A stretch of 64,000 nt of DNA from the human T2T-CHM13v2.0 reference genome, Homo sapiens: assembly GCF_009914755.1 (NCBI RefSeq), contig NC_060925.1, one strand, 5' to 3'. A program made the position numbers and the translations under genes. Positions 42,515 through 56,600 of this stretch are shown piece by piece. How positions within the stretch are numbered: the first letter of the stretch is position 1; each line of letters opens with the position of its first letter. The notes under the pieces were generated by a model, which ran no database searches, was not told the origin of the DNA, and saw only the letters and a program-made list of their open reading frames with translations.

Positions 42515-42968
42515 GTGAGTATGTGGTTTTTGATCTGTGACTAAACTGTTCACCCATTTCCCAGTTTCTCTGCTCTGTCAAATATCAACATTTTACCAGG
42601 TTTCTCTGTTGTTGCCAAACCTGTCATTTTTATTTGGTGTGGCTTCTTGGGAAACTTCCATGGCCCATTTGATGGGAATCAAACAGAGTGAAAACAAGGA
42701 CAGATGCAGCAGAGGTGGCATCAGGAACAAATGGGTCATAAGAACTTACCTTGGCAGCAGCCCCAGAATGGTCAGGAGGAAAGGCACTTTAAGGTATCAG
42801 AAGGTAGAAAGGAGAGGTTGGATGATAGAATGGGGAAGGGATTCCTCCTCGTGTTCACAGAAGTGAATCAATGGGAGACACAAGGTTACCACTTAATATT
42901 CCTGCTCTCCTAGGCATGGGTCAGGTACATCTTCAGCCATGGGTAAGTTTGTTCAACAAATGAGTGAT

Positions 42969-43319
<351 letters not shown>

Positions 43320-43536
43320 TCATGGTGGCATGGGCACCAGCAAGTCAGGGTGGACAACAGCCATAGTTCTGGAGCATGGTCCTCAAGACTACCTTTTGTA
43401 TGCAGAGTATTAACACTTTAACTCTTAGATCCTTGGAACATAAGGAAGAGAGGCTGGAACAAAAAGGGGTTGGCATTTGGAGGTGGAGAGGTAGTGTAAG
43501 GCACAACTGTTTATCAACTGGTATCTAAGTATTTCA

Positions 43537-43837
43537 GGCCAGACACGTGGCTCACACCTCTAATCCCAGCACTTTGGGAGGCTGAGCCAGGAGGATTGCT
43601 TGAGTCTAGGAGTTCAAGACCGGTCTGGGCAACATGGTGAAACCCTGTCTCTACAAAAAATACAAAAATTAGCCAGGTGTGGTGGGGCACGCCTATGGTC
43701 CCAGCTACTGGGGAGGCTGAGATGGGAGGATCCACCTGAGCCCTTGGGGGTCGAGGCTGTAGCAAGTCATGATTGCACCACTGCACTCCAGCTGGGTGAT
43801 AAAGTGAGACCTTGTCTAAAAAAAAAAAAAAAAAAAA
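43537..43837 (+). mobile_element. AluJ
   Basis: Full dimer with poly-A. Confidence 0.92.
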
Positions 43838-45219
43838 GGAAATAGTTTAGTGTCTAGCTTCTGGTCCACTTGTACTGGTGTTGACTATGTATCAGCCCAG
43901 CTTATGTGGCTACAGGGATTCTCATTGCACATCTGAATGAAGCCAAAAACATACGCAAGGTTTTAAGAGTATTTGATGTCTTATTGGCAATATGAGGTGG
44001 ACCAGCCATACAGTTAGTAACATAACCAGCATTGGCTTCTGGCACTTAGTTCTGAGTTCTTTCCGAAGAACTTATATATGCAGAAACTGGACTTAGCACT
44101 CACTTAAAGAAGAAATAACTTTGATAAGAACCAGGTGGGTTGTTCTTTCTCTTTATTGGTTTCATGTTTTCAGATCTTGCTAACTCTCCCCAGCTGTGCC
44201 CTGCAGTGGAGACCTATTTGAGACTCTGTTATGATATGCCCAAGATACCACACATGCCCTAGGCTCTTCCCCTAGCGACAACCATGGTGCTCTCTAGGAA
44301 CTAATCTTTGTGGCAAAGACCTTTGCCCGGGGGACACCTGCCTCTCCCAGCTCTTTTCCCCTCATGTCAAGGACCATGCATCTCATGCTATCTTTTCATC
44401 GTCATTTTCTCAACCTTAGGGCTTTATCTTTGAAACGTGTGCATCCGCCTTTAGACACTTTATCATTAACTGGAAATTACTGTTCAGATAGACTTGAGGA
44501 TAATTATTCACGTTATTAAAAAACATTCCTCAGTTCGGTAAAGTATTTGGTAGCAAGCTCCTATAAGTAGAGAGAGTTTCTGATGTATTTGAGTACAGAT
44601 CAATTACAACTTGAAGGAGAGGTTGGTGCATTGCTGAAGAACTTTTAATAAAGTTGCAGGTGCTGTCAGAAATGGAACCATACCTGAAAAATAATAACTG
44701 AAATTTCTTCAGTTCCATAGCATTGCAAAACTTACTTCCGCATTTGCTCATGTGATATATGGGATTTCCATCTCTAATCCTTTGCAAGATGGAAAGTCTG
44801 CCACATACATTTCTAGTGAGCCATGAGGTAGCTGGAAACTGCCACCATGCCATACCTAACCCCACTCACACCAGGGCCATGACCTCTTACACCTCTTTTT
44901 TAAGGTCTTCATCAATGACACATGACCCTAACAACACATGACTCTGTCGCCACTTTCCATTCTTCCCCCAATATCTCCCCTTCTAGGAGATTTCAGAGCT
45001 TTGCTCTTCTCTATTAAATGATTGTCATCCTCAGATGTGGGCTAAGAAAAAAATAGGATCTGATTTCCTGAACCCTTCTTTGCACACAGCCTTTCATGGA
45101 AACTGCTGTAATGCAAGTCTGGGTATTCCCTGAAGTGGCCCTTCATGTCACTATTTGACTAAGGAATAGGAGGGAACAACCCCGTCTTACCTCATCCCTG
45201 CTCTCTCAGCCAAAGAAGA

Positions 45220-46030
45220 CCTGTGTCTGGCTGGAGGGTGGCGTCGCGCCTCCCCTTGGTGCCGCAGGCCACGCAGAGAGGCAACGACCTTCCTCCAGGG
45301 CTCCTATCGAGCTGGGGAATGAGTAATTGGGACTCGCCAAAGTGTTTAAACACCAGAATTGAAATTAATGTCCCCTCATTGCTGGGTACGCTGACAATAC
45401 ATTACGGCAAACACCTTCCCAAAGTGAAATGAATGTTTGTTTATCCTCATGAAATATACATCAAAACATGTTGGTGGAAGAAGCCCTAATGAGGGAAGGG
45501 GCCAGGTTTCTGTTAATTCTTGGCAAATAGTTAACTGAAGTGGAAGGTTTTTTTTTCTTTTTCTTTTTCATTCTTCTTTTTTCTTTTCTTTTTTTTTTCC
45601 TCCAGAATAACCTGTCCACAGCTGTGTATCTAGGACATTAATATGGGTTTAATGAAAACTCCAGTTGATCTGTCCAAAGATATTGATGAGCATTGCCCAG
45701 GCGTATTAATCATCTCCTTGAGGGAGGAAATGAAGGGAATGGGCGAGCAGGTTTCTGTCAGATGCCAATCCAGATGAAGAGATGTGAAAAGAAATTTTTT
45801 TAATCCTCCATAGCTATATCCATTTCCTGGGACATGGGTTGGCCCAAGAGGGAATGAGAAGGACCTGCGATTGCACAGGAAATTCTGGGGCACATTTAAC
45901 GTTAAATCATTAAGCTTCTGCCAATAAATCCATTACTGTTAATTACACTGAGATGGCCAACGATCTGCTGACAATATTCCTTCATTGATTTTCATTCTCA
46001 GTGAATCGATGTTCTGGCTTGGCTCTCTTT
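45220..46030. promoter_or_regulatory. Candidate conserved enhancer (HOX/PBX-like motifs)
   Basis: Repeat-free with CpGs. TAAATCA (reverse TGATTTA), CCAATAAA, multiple TAAT/ATTA, 14-bp palindrome ATTTAACGTTAAAT 45894-45907. Confidence 0.45.
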
Positions 46031-46740
46031 GGTGTTTTCATTCTTTCATTTCTTTCTCCCTGTCCTCATCTCTCTCTCCCCGTGCCCTGCTCCCTACACC
46101 TATCCCTCCCCCTCCCCTTGAGCTTTTTCAGTAATGCAGTTCCCCTCTCACTGGTGATACAGTTCTCTCCCTAAGTGCCAAATGTTTCTTGATAGGAACA
46201 AGCTACATTTCTTTATGGCTTATGGCAAACTGCCTTGATTACTTCTACTGCTGTACCCATTATGTGAATTAAATATGTATTCAGTTGCATGCTGCTTGCG
46301 ATGTTATTGCAGGGTGACATATGGTACTGACTCAATTAGAATGAAACTAGCATTAGATAACCCTTCTGATTACATGCATCCTGACCGGCTCCTCCTCGGC
46401 CTCCCCTCTGTGCTCTCGCTCTCCAGTGTCTGGAGGCCGCAGATTTTCATTATCTCTGCCACATCGGATGCAGGATGGGGGTGGGAGAGGGAGGGGCCTG
46501 TGGATCTCTGGGAAAGAAAGCGGATCAGACAGACAGACTGCTGTGAAAGGGTTGGTGGGGAAGAATAGAGAGGCCTCTGTGCTTGCATTTGGAATTAACA
46601 TTTACAGTTATATTTTTTGGAAGTGGTTGTCAGGCCTACTCTGAAAAGGGGCTGGAAAGGTCTCTCTAGAGTTGTGAAGCAACGGCTGCATGTGATTAGT
46701 CAGTCCTTACCTTGAAATGATTTATTTAAAAAGAATACAT

Positions 46741-46872
46741 TGTTCGGGCGCAGTGGCTCATGTCTGTAATCCTAGCATGGGAGGCCGAAGCAGAAGGGTT
46801 GCTTGAGCTTAGAAGTTTGAGACCAGCCTGGGCAACATAGCAAGACTCTGTCTCTAAAAGAAGAAAAAATTT
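46741..46872 (+). mobile_element. FLAM / Alu left monomer
   Basis: Single left arm ending gactctgtctct plus A-rich tail. Confidence 0.8.
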
Positions 46873-46970
46873 AAGCTTTTCTTAAAAAAAAAAAAAATCT
46901 TTTTTCTGTTGTTGCTGTTTCTTTTTTAATGCAGAGCTAATACTCTACTACCAGTAATATATTTTGTTTT

Positions 46971-47062
46971 CATATCACACCAATATTCAGTATATGTTAA
47001 CCTGTTGGATTTTCATCATATCACACCAATATTCAATATATGTTAACCTGTTCGATTTTCAT
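46971..47062. repeat. 46-bp tandem duplication (2 copies, 2 mismatches)
   Basis: catatcacaccaatattca(g/a)tatatgttaacctgtt(g/c)gattttcat twice. Confidence 0.93.
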
Positions 47063-47242
47063 CAGCATCTGACAACACAGGTAGACTAGGAATCATCCCC
47101 CTGTTTTACAGATGATGCGGTGGAGATTCGGAGAGGCTTGGCTGCATTACAGTTTGAAGTCACAAAGTCCCTGAGTGCCCAAATGAGGGGGAATCCTTAA
47201 AATGCAGGGGGTTCTGAAGGGCAACTCAAGGATGCATTGTAA

Positions 47243-47624
<382 letters not shown>

Positions 47625-48029
47625 TCACATCCTGACATAATACAAATCACACTAGAGTACTGTGGGCATATGACATTTCCTTATGAGGAGTAATTTTCTC
47701 TCTGTGATAATTTTAACTGCGTTTTAGAGTGTTCTAAGCTTCCTTCCTCCAGCTCTATCACTTCCAGTTGCCAAGCAAGAACTTATAGACAGACCCATTC
47801 TCTTTCAGTCCCATCTAGACACACCTGAGGCTGAAGCGTCTTCTAGGCTAGGGGCTACCACAGGGCACTGATAGAGAGCAGAGAGCTTGCAGGCAACCTT
47901 GGCTTTTCTCAAGCGCTGGTAGAAAGGCTGCTGGGTCTGAGATCACCCAACTGACGTTGCGTCACCATAAAATAAGACTTCTTGCCTGTGAGCAGCTCAA
48001 GTTAGCAGGCATATTTGAGTGTCTTCCAC

Positions 48030-48378
48030 AGATCCCCAATCTGGAAATCTGAAAACCAGAATGCTCCCAAATCTGAGAATTTTTGAGCACCACCGTGATG
48101 CCACAAGTGGAAAATTCTGCACCTGACCTCAGGTGACTACACAGTCAAAGCATAGTCAGAACTTTGTTTTATGCACAAAATCATTAAAGTGTTATATAAA
48201 ATTACCTTTAGGGTCTGTGTGTAAACTATATGAGATACAAATGAATCTTGTGTATAGACATGGGTCTCATCCCCAAGACACTATTACGTATATGCAAAAA
48301 TTCCAAAATCTGAAGACAGTAATCCCAAATTCGAAACACTTCTGACCCAAGCATTTTGGATAAGAGATACTAAACCTG
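48030..48378 (+). mobile_element. Tigger4 (Zombi/MER46)-type DNA transposon
   Basis: aatgctcccaaatctgag...gccacaagtggaaaatt...ggataagagatactaaacctg followed by TA. Confidence 0.8.
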
Positions 48379-48439
48379 TATACGTGCTTGTGTGTACCAC
48401 ATTATATGCTGTGGGAAATACAAAGTGTACGTAGACAGC

Positions 48440-48501
48440 TGGCTATAGGCAGCTCATACGCAGGCAGAAGTGGCCATAGGCAGCTCATACCCAGGCAGAA
48501 G
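48440..48501. repeat. 31-bp tandem duplication
   Basis: tggc(t/c)ataggcagctcatac(g/c)caggcagaag twice. Confidence 0.92.
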
Positions 48502-50389
48502 TGAATATCATGAGGGTAAGTGTAAGTGAGGATGGTGTGAACTCAGAAGTGCCATAGATGCACTTAAATGATTTTAGTGTTTTTTATGCTGTCACTCAGC
48601 CCATTGCCTTGAGTATAGCAGGCTTTTAACAAACATAGGTTGAATGGATGCGGGGATGAATGAAAGGGAGGGTGTGAACTATGATATAATGAGGCAGGTT
48701 TTCGTGGAGGAAATGGGACCCCTTATAGATAACACAACCATCCATTCCCACCCCACCACTCCCTCCCCTCCTGCTTTTCAATTATAATAATGATAACTAA
48801 GTTATGCAGCACTTTATATTTAAAGTAACCCTTTCAAGAAATGCTGGAAAGATAAGCAAGAAATGAAGAAAAATGGTTATCAGTAGAGGCCAGGTGTGAG
48901 CGTGGGGAATAGGGTTAACAGGGCCAAACAAGGGTGGGAGCAAGACTTGGCAATGTATGGTGATCATAATGTATATTGTAGATGTATTTTTTATATTGTA
49001 AATGCATTAACTACTCAAAAATAATATTAAAATCAAAGAAATTTTCTGGAGCATTAGCTTACCCAGTCTTCACAGTCGCCCTTTAAATGGGCTGCACAGT
49101 TTTACTAGGTTCTAATTTCATGAAAGGGAATCGAAGAATGTAAATAACTTACCTAAGATCATAGAGTTAGTAAGTTGTAGAGGCAAGACTAGCCCAGATT
49201 GGGTTCTTTCTACCACAGCATATGGCTTCTGTGAACATTGTCCCAACTGTGCTAATCCCCAGAGAGGTTTATGGCTATGTGGTTGGGACCTTCCCTGAGA
49301 CCACTGTTCGCCAAGGTCACTGTGTGTGCCCCACAGGCCTCTGCAGGAAGAAAGAGTTGGAAGCTCAGGGTTCTTCTCCCCACTGCCACTGTAACACAGC
49401 AGATTTAAACTACAAGCAACAGCAGAGCAGAGCAGAGTTTGGATGTACAAGATGAGCTGTCTCTGAACTGGCCCTGTGGTTCATGCTCGCTGTTGCAGAA
49501 GGGAGGAAGTGTGAAGCAGATGGCCTTTGCCTGGTTTTCAGGGTGGCCCTGAGATACACAGGGTGCCTGCTGAGGAATGAGGGAGCTATTACAATTATTA
49601 TAATACCTGGAAGGGCCGAAGAACAAATCAGGCACTGAAAGCACCAAAAGTTGTTGATCTTGTAAATTTAGGACAGTGCGACTTACATTCTTGAGAGCAA
49701 AGTATGACATTTTTATGGCATGCTTTAGGTAGGGTCCCCACTATTCTACAGGTGTTTATACTACTTCAGTTGCTTCACAGCTCCCCCTTCTTTCCTACCA
49801 CACCCGACACTCCCCACCATTTTCCATCGGCAGGGGAGCTACCTAGAGCTGCCTTACTTGGCAGAGCAGAGGTAGCACCTGTGTCATTGGCTGTTCTAGT
49901 GTGCTGTCATCTAGCATATCTGTTATTCCATCTGCAGCCTTCACACACTTTTGCTCTCCAGGTCCAGTGAGTTCATACATAGCAAGGGCTTTTCCTGAGT
50001 GTCATGTAGCCAATGAAGAACAGAACTGTCCATAGACTCCTGGAAGGTAATTTGCTGCTCTGAACACCATGACGTCTGCCTTTTCACAACGTGCAGCTAA
50101 TCATAGGCACCTTATGCCCAAGATTGCCTTTCACAAGAGTTGTGAAAGTGCTCTCCCAGTCTGGTTCCTTCTATGGGCCATATTCTGTTTTGATGTTGTC
50201 TAAAAGTGTCCTCTGTATCTTCTGTATCTCCTAACCCAGGTCCCACCTCCATGAAACCTTTAGGACTATCTCAGATGTCACAGAACCAGAGAGACTAGTG
50301 ATTCTAAGATTTCTAGCTTTTTTTTTTCAACTAACTTGTAGAGTGCTTTTTCTTTGCTGAAGTCAGATTTCTGCCCCTGCAGATTATGA

Positions 50390-51980
50390 AATCACCCAGT
50401 GGACAAATTCAGTCCTTATTCTACACTCTTGCTGTATTTGATCCTGACAACCTTTCTATTATAAAATTCTCATTTCTTCATCTCTGTATTCTCTTGGTTT
50501 GCTTCATATCTCTTTGGTTGGGCCTCCTTAGTTAACTTCAATGTTGCCTCCTCAGCCCATCACTAAGTATTCGTATGCCTGCATTTATCAACTAAATACC
50601 TATGGCTCACAAATATATCCATCTGTGATCTCACTGAGGACAGAGGACTTATCTTCTTTGTCAACCGCTGCATCCCCAGTGAGGAGTACAATGTCTGGAC
50701 TAAAACAAGTATCCAGTAAGTATTTATTGAACAAATGGTAAAGTAAAACCTATATGTTTAGCCCAGATTGCTTTTGTGAGTTTCAGATCTACACATATAA
50801 CTGCCCGGCAAGCATCTCTATATCCATGTTCAGCAGATTTATAAATCCAGAGCAGACCTCATCAATCCCCATCCACAACAAGTCTTCCTCCTGTATTCCG
50901 TCTTTTATCTGCCCAATCTAGAAACCTAATATTTGTATCAGACTTTAACCTTTTTCTATGTCACCTCCCACTACCTTCATCTAATCATTAGCCAATTTGT
51001 GTTGATACTACCAGCAAGCATTTAATGAACACTTTATGCCAAGACTTATAAAACTAAACACATTCTAACTATTTCTCATTTCTCCTTCTTCCCATCTGCT
51101 GTCATCCTAAGTCAGGCACTCACTATCTTTCACCCATTCAGCAGTATTGACCTCTTGACTGGTGTCTCTGCCTGTAATATCCTTAAGCAGCCCATCGCAT
51201 CTGAGGCCTGCCAGGAGACTCTTAACATGCTAACCTGCTTGCTATACCCTTATTCAAAATTCTTTGATGGAGGTCCCATTGTCAAAAGCTGCAGTCCTGA
51301 ATCTCAAAACTGTTGTGCCATGATCAGTTGTGAAGTATGTCACAAGTAATTTTGATATTAATAATGGTTCAAGACCTAAGGTTTGCAAATTATTTAAAAT
51401 TTTAAGCTAAGTCAAATTATCACCATATAAATGTCACTTTCGCTCACTTGAATTCCCATATGCTTTCTTTAGTGGAAGAGAAAGAGTGGCATTACAGTCT
51501 GCTGAGAATTATTCATTTTGGTCTGTAGGATGAAATCTAAACTCCTTTGCATAACCTACATGAACCTTGTGATCTAGTCCTTGCCTACTTCACCAGGGCT
51601 ATTTCTCACCATTTTTTTCTATCTCATCATATGCTACAAATATACTGAGTTACCTGTAATACCTAAAACCTGCCACTTCTTTCTTATACCTTTGAAGATT
51701 GTCTCCTACTAGCGATTTCTTGTACCTGTTATCCCCTAAAACACTCTTACTGATCATTCAGATCCTGGCTGAGGCCTTGCCTGAGTATCCTGACCCAGTT
51801 CTAGATATTCCTCTTCCTTTGTATCCACTTTGCCTTGTATATTCCTTCATTGTAGCTTATAATAATTACATGGTGTTTTTAGCATGTTCGTTTCCCCGTT
51901 GGACTGTAAGTTAATGCCTTTTCATGTTCTTCTCCCAATTTTTAGTACATGGCTGAACATATGGTAGGTGCTCTGTAATC
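50390..51980 (+). mobile_element. L2 fragments (nested)
   Basis: L2 3' ends at about 50640-50740 (taagtatttattgaac) and about 51890-51975 (ggactgtaag...gtaggtgctc), with pyrimidine-rich L2-like body. Confidence 0.6.
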
Positions 51981-53159
51981 TTATCCACTGGTCCCAACAT
52001 TCTTCAGAATCAGGCAGCTTTAGTACCACATCATAACTTAATAGATAAAAGCGAGAGAGCCCTGGACAGGGAGTTTGAGCAGCTAGTCCTAGCTCGTCTA
52101 TAATGATTCTGTGGCCCTTGACATGTTACACAAAACTTATATCTATCTCAGTTTCTATGTGCATGGTCTGTTTGTAGGACTTCCCTATGAAATGGTGGTT
52201 TAGACCAAGTTGGAAGGTGTGCATTGATTGGAAAATACAGGAAGTAGGATAGAGTAGGCAAAGTGAGGCCCATGTGCTTGCCATTGATAGTCTGTCATTG
52301 AATGTCTAGCTGGGAGTAATAAATGGAGACCCAGTCGTTATTTGAGCATAGATGACATGTTCTGAAATTAGATTGAAGGACTTCTCATCTGGTAAAAATG
52401 TGCCGGATGTACTAGAGTGTAGAGAGAGTGAAGAAACAGATTTCAGCCAGGAGACAAAAGGATCTGGGATCTGCTATCTTGGGAATGAAAAAGATCACAC
52501 TTTTTTCAAAAAGTTTTTGAAAAAAAGAATGACAGAGCCTGGTAACCACCTAGATATGGAAGTTGAAGGAAAGGTATGAATTGAAGATGATGGAATCATT
52601 TAATTCATTTATTAATTTGGATTCCACAGAAAGTTTGAGGTGGGATATGACTCAGTACAATGAAAACTGTTAGGCATATGGCTGGAGGGTGTGGTCACAG
52701 ATGCTGGCTTTGTCATGTAACTCGGAAATAAGGCTTTGCCAGGATTGTCGTAGAGTTTGCTGCATCGTATGCAAGTTTGGACTAGACTCTAAGATATCTC
52801 CCATGTCTGTCTATGTGTTTATCTTTGTAAGTTCTCTGATTTGTTACCTGAGAGAATGGGTTTGGCATTAATTAATAGGAATAAGGAAATCAGGGAAGGG
52901 AGGGGATTTGGATGCCAGGTAGAGTTTTCTTCATTTCAGATTGTGGTAGATCTTTTGAGTTTCACTGAATGTTGTGATAACTTCTGTATAATTGTTGACT
53001 TTCCTTTTGGCTTTGTCTCTGACTTTCATAGGATAGCGCTGTATCTGTTAGAATCATACTCTGTTTTCAGGCTGTCCCTAGGCTGAGCTCACTAGTTCCA
53101 GTGACCTCTTTCTGGTAGGAGGTCAGAGTTTATTGAGTGACAGTGGACCAGAACAAAAT

Positions 53160-53560
53160 TATAGTGGAAAAGAATTTGGGTTTTGGAGTCAGACTGACCC
53201 AAATTTGTGTTCTATATCCTTTGTCTATTTTGTGACATTAGCAGGTTACCTAATTTTCATATGTCCATCTTCTCAATACTGCAAGTGGGGATAATATCAC
53301 CTACTTCATGGGGTTTGGTGAAAGATTAAAATAATAATAGCTAATATTAATTTAGGGATTAGTTACTAAGCACTGCTATTTTACATTCATTATCTCGTTT
53401 AATCCTCCCTGCAAAATCTATAAAGTATGTATTTTCATTGTCCCTGTTACACTGACCAGTAGAGGGATTAAATAATTTGCCCTGTTACCTGACTAGGAAT
53501 TGGCAGAGCAGGGATTAGAACCTGGGTTGAATGACTGCAGAATCTGAGCCTTTAATAACT
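53160..53560. mobile_element. Two MIRs tail-to-tail (+ then -)
   Basis: tttggagtcagac...ggggataatatcacctacttcatggg, then cattatctcgtttaatcctc...ggcagagcagggattagaacctggg. Confidence 0.75.
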
Positions 53561-55734
53561 GAAAGCATGGCAGCTTCCCAAATGTCACCCTTTCTATGAA
53601 AATGTGAAATCTCTAGTAAGACCCTCTTTCAGATTAATCACCTCTTCTACCATGCTCCTATAACAAAATTCCTGAAACTTTAATTAGCCCTTTTCTATCC
53701 TATGTCAACCCTTTATTCAACCCTTAATTTTAATCATTTTTATACGTCCCCTTCTCTTCACTAAATTATAAACTTTTAAAAACAAAAACTGTGTTTACCT
53801 ATGTATTTTTGCATTCAATTCCTTTATACACAGGAAGTCTCAATGTTAATTTGTTGCAAAGAAATTATTTGAAAGGCTCATGCCTTCCCTAGGGGGACAT
53901 CTTTAGCCACTTGGTGCCTTGAGGTCACCTTTACTTTTCCATCATCAAAATAGGAAAATTAAACTGTCACAGAGTACTACGAATAGCAGTAATGAAATAT
54001 TATCCTTTAAAATAAGGATATAATATCACTTAGCCTGATTGTGGTCTTCACATCACCTCCCCCGACCAAAGAAAAGTCATAAAAGCAGAAGTGATCTTTG
54101 CCTCAGTGGGTTAGATTGTTTGTGATATTTGGAATTGAACTAGACAAGAAGAGACGTATCAGGAACCAGTTCCTCCTTGCCTCCAGGTATCAGACATGCT
54201 AGATCCCAGTTGGTCTTAACTTTTTGTCTCACTTACCCCTTTGGTTGGAATGCAGGCATTATTCTGAAGCTTTGTGGTAAGCGACTTGGATTTTCTAGTG
54301 TCGGGCTCTTCTCTTTTTTAGGAAGGGAGAAGCGGGTCTGGGAAATTAAAGTGCCTGTATCTCCCAGGGCACCGATTGTTAAGAGGGTTGGGACCTCAGT
54401 ATGTTTTTTTTCCATTCTGCCACACCTGAGATAGAAAAAAGAAATACCACGGTCCCTCGGGTAGCAGTAGAGGGTGAGAGCAAGACTCCTACCTCTGAAT
54501 GCCGTTAGATTTAGAAGTTCATTTTGACTGCTTTACGATACAAAGTTGAGTAATAATAATGGTCTTACTGGTATAAATAATAAGCACAGAGTGTTTCATA
54601 CATATCAAAGCAATTTCGTACATTGTAGTTCTCATTCTTTGAGAAACAGCCTTGTGGGGTTGAACAGAAGGAATTACAGAATTGTGTTTGACGGTGTTGA
54701 GTGAGAAATTTTTAGCTGTTTTTCTTATTTTGTTCCCTGTTCCCTCATTTTTTTCTTATCCTGAGTTAGTCTCTTGATTTACATCTCGGCATTCAGGACT
54801 CAATGTTGCCAGCCTCCCCCATCTGAAGTAGCTGAGAGCCAGGATGCTAGCAGAGGATATCTGTGTAGCCAAACTAAGGGCCCATGTACTTAAGTTTGTG
54901 CAGTTGACTCATCAGAGCGCCCAAAAGCCACCACTCAAGACCTCTGATTTCAAATATGATTCTAATTGTATGTTTATCTGGCTTCCTAGCCTGTGCCAGA
55001 CTATATACATGATAATCTCTAACATTTACTAAGTACTTACTAACTGAGACACTCTCCTAAATACTCTCAAGCATTCACTCAGGTAATCCTCACAACCACA
55101 CTAGAACACGAGGTACCACAACTGCCTCCATTTTACATGTGAGGACAGAGCACAGGGGGGTTTTGAAACAAGGTCCCAAGCCAGTAGTCAGGTCTGGCTT
55201 CCATGATCTGGAACCACAGCCCATGCTATCAGCTATAGCACTACAACCTCAGAAGAGGGGGAAACTTAAAGAAGCAGTAAAATCATAAAAAGGAGACTCA
55301 AGAATTTAAAAAGACCAGCAGACTGAGTCTATACAGAATAGGCATGCGTGCTCTCACATAGCAGCGGGCCTGGGTGATCATCAGCATTCCTAATGATAAA
55401 TGACGTGGGTCACAAAGAGGAGGCCAAATAATGTCCAAGATCCCTCTCTATCTATCTACCTAGATATTTTTTAAAAGAAGCTAGATGGAAATATAACATG
55501 TTTTAGAAGATTACTATCGAAAATGATGAAAATACAAATAGTTTTGGTAAAGCTCCAGTAACAGGGAGCCAAGCTTTCAAAAGTGATTTATTTTTCAGTA
55601 GTTAACGTTTTTGTGCCTTTCTACCTGCTCGTGGGTTCCAGAGTCTCTGTTGCCTGGTGTCTCCCCGAGAACAAAGATTGTGGATCCCCAAAGTACCTCC
55701 ACCTCCTCACTGGACTCCTGCTCCAGAAAAGATG

Positions 55735-55999
55735 ACCATAATCTAATAATCACTCTACCGCATGAACAGGGTGTCACACATGTGCTTGACTGTGCCTCTA
55801 CAGTGGCAGGTAGAGCGAGTGCAGTGCAGGAAATATCAGCCCTTTTCTAAAGCACTATGAAGATGAAAGGGGGAGGTGGTCAGGGGATGGAGAGGACGGA
55901 GGGGAAATCACTTCTTTGTCTAAAAGGGAAATGCCAGGACTGTCCCTTCAGGTCTGTTAAGTGTCTATAGGATGTGGAGGAAAATTCTTCTTCTCGTTG
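55735..55999 (+). repeat. Dispersed duplication, copy A (about 265 bp)
   Basis: About 94% identical by manual alignment to 58800-59067. Confidence 0.95.
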
Positions 56000-56049
56000 C
56001 TCCCACCTCTCCCCATCCCCTTTATTCTTTCTCACTTTGTAGAATAATA

Positions 56050-56600
56050 TAAAAAAGCCCAGCAGAAAGGGAGCTGTGATGCTGTCGTCCCTGGCGTTGA
56101 TGTTATTTATTTTCCTCAGTTGCTGCTCTGGAAGCCCGGAGTTGACAGAGCGGTTTTGTAGAATAGAAACATTATAGACTGTTACTGTCAGAGTGTTAAA
56201 TGTGATGGATAGAGAAATAGAGGCGAAGGAGGGGACTTAATACTGAGAGCCAGGGTGCTCATGGGAAAATAAACCATCCGCATATAAGAAATGAATGAGG
56301 TAATGTGGCGGGAGGTAATGGGCTTTCGCAACATGCCGGAACAGAGATGCTTATTACAGGGTGTGCTTAACCCTTGGCATGCTGATTTCCCTTTGTGGGT
56401 TCCAGGGCTTTTCGCTGGGTCCCTCTGTGGGAGCATGTGTGTGGCTTTTCTTCAGGCAGGGAAGCCAGCGTGTGTAGAGGAGTGGAGGCAAACGCATTCT
56501 TAATAACACTGTATTAGCAGCCTGTACATCAGAGAGCTTGGCAGCTCCTGAGGGACACGGGACTCCCGTGGCTGTGTGAGACAGAATGTGCCAGGATTGC
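56050..56600. promoter_or_regulatory. Candidate conserved enhancer
   Basis: Repeat-free and CpG-retaining. TGACAG (about 56143), CTGTCA (about 56185), forkhead-like TATTTATTT and AAATAAAC. Confidence 0.4.
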
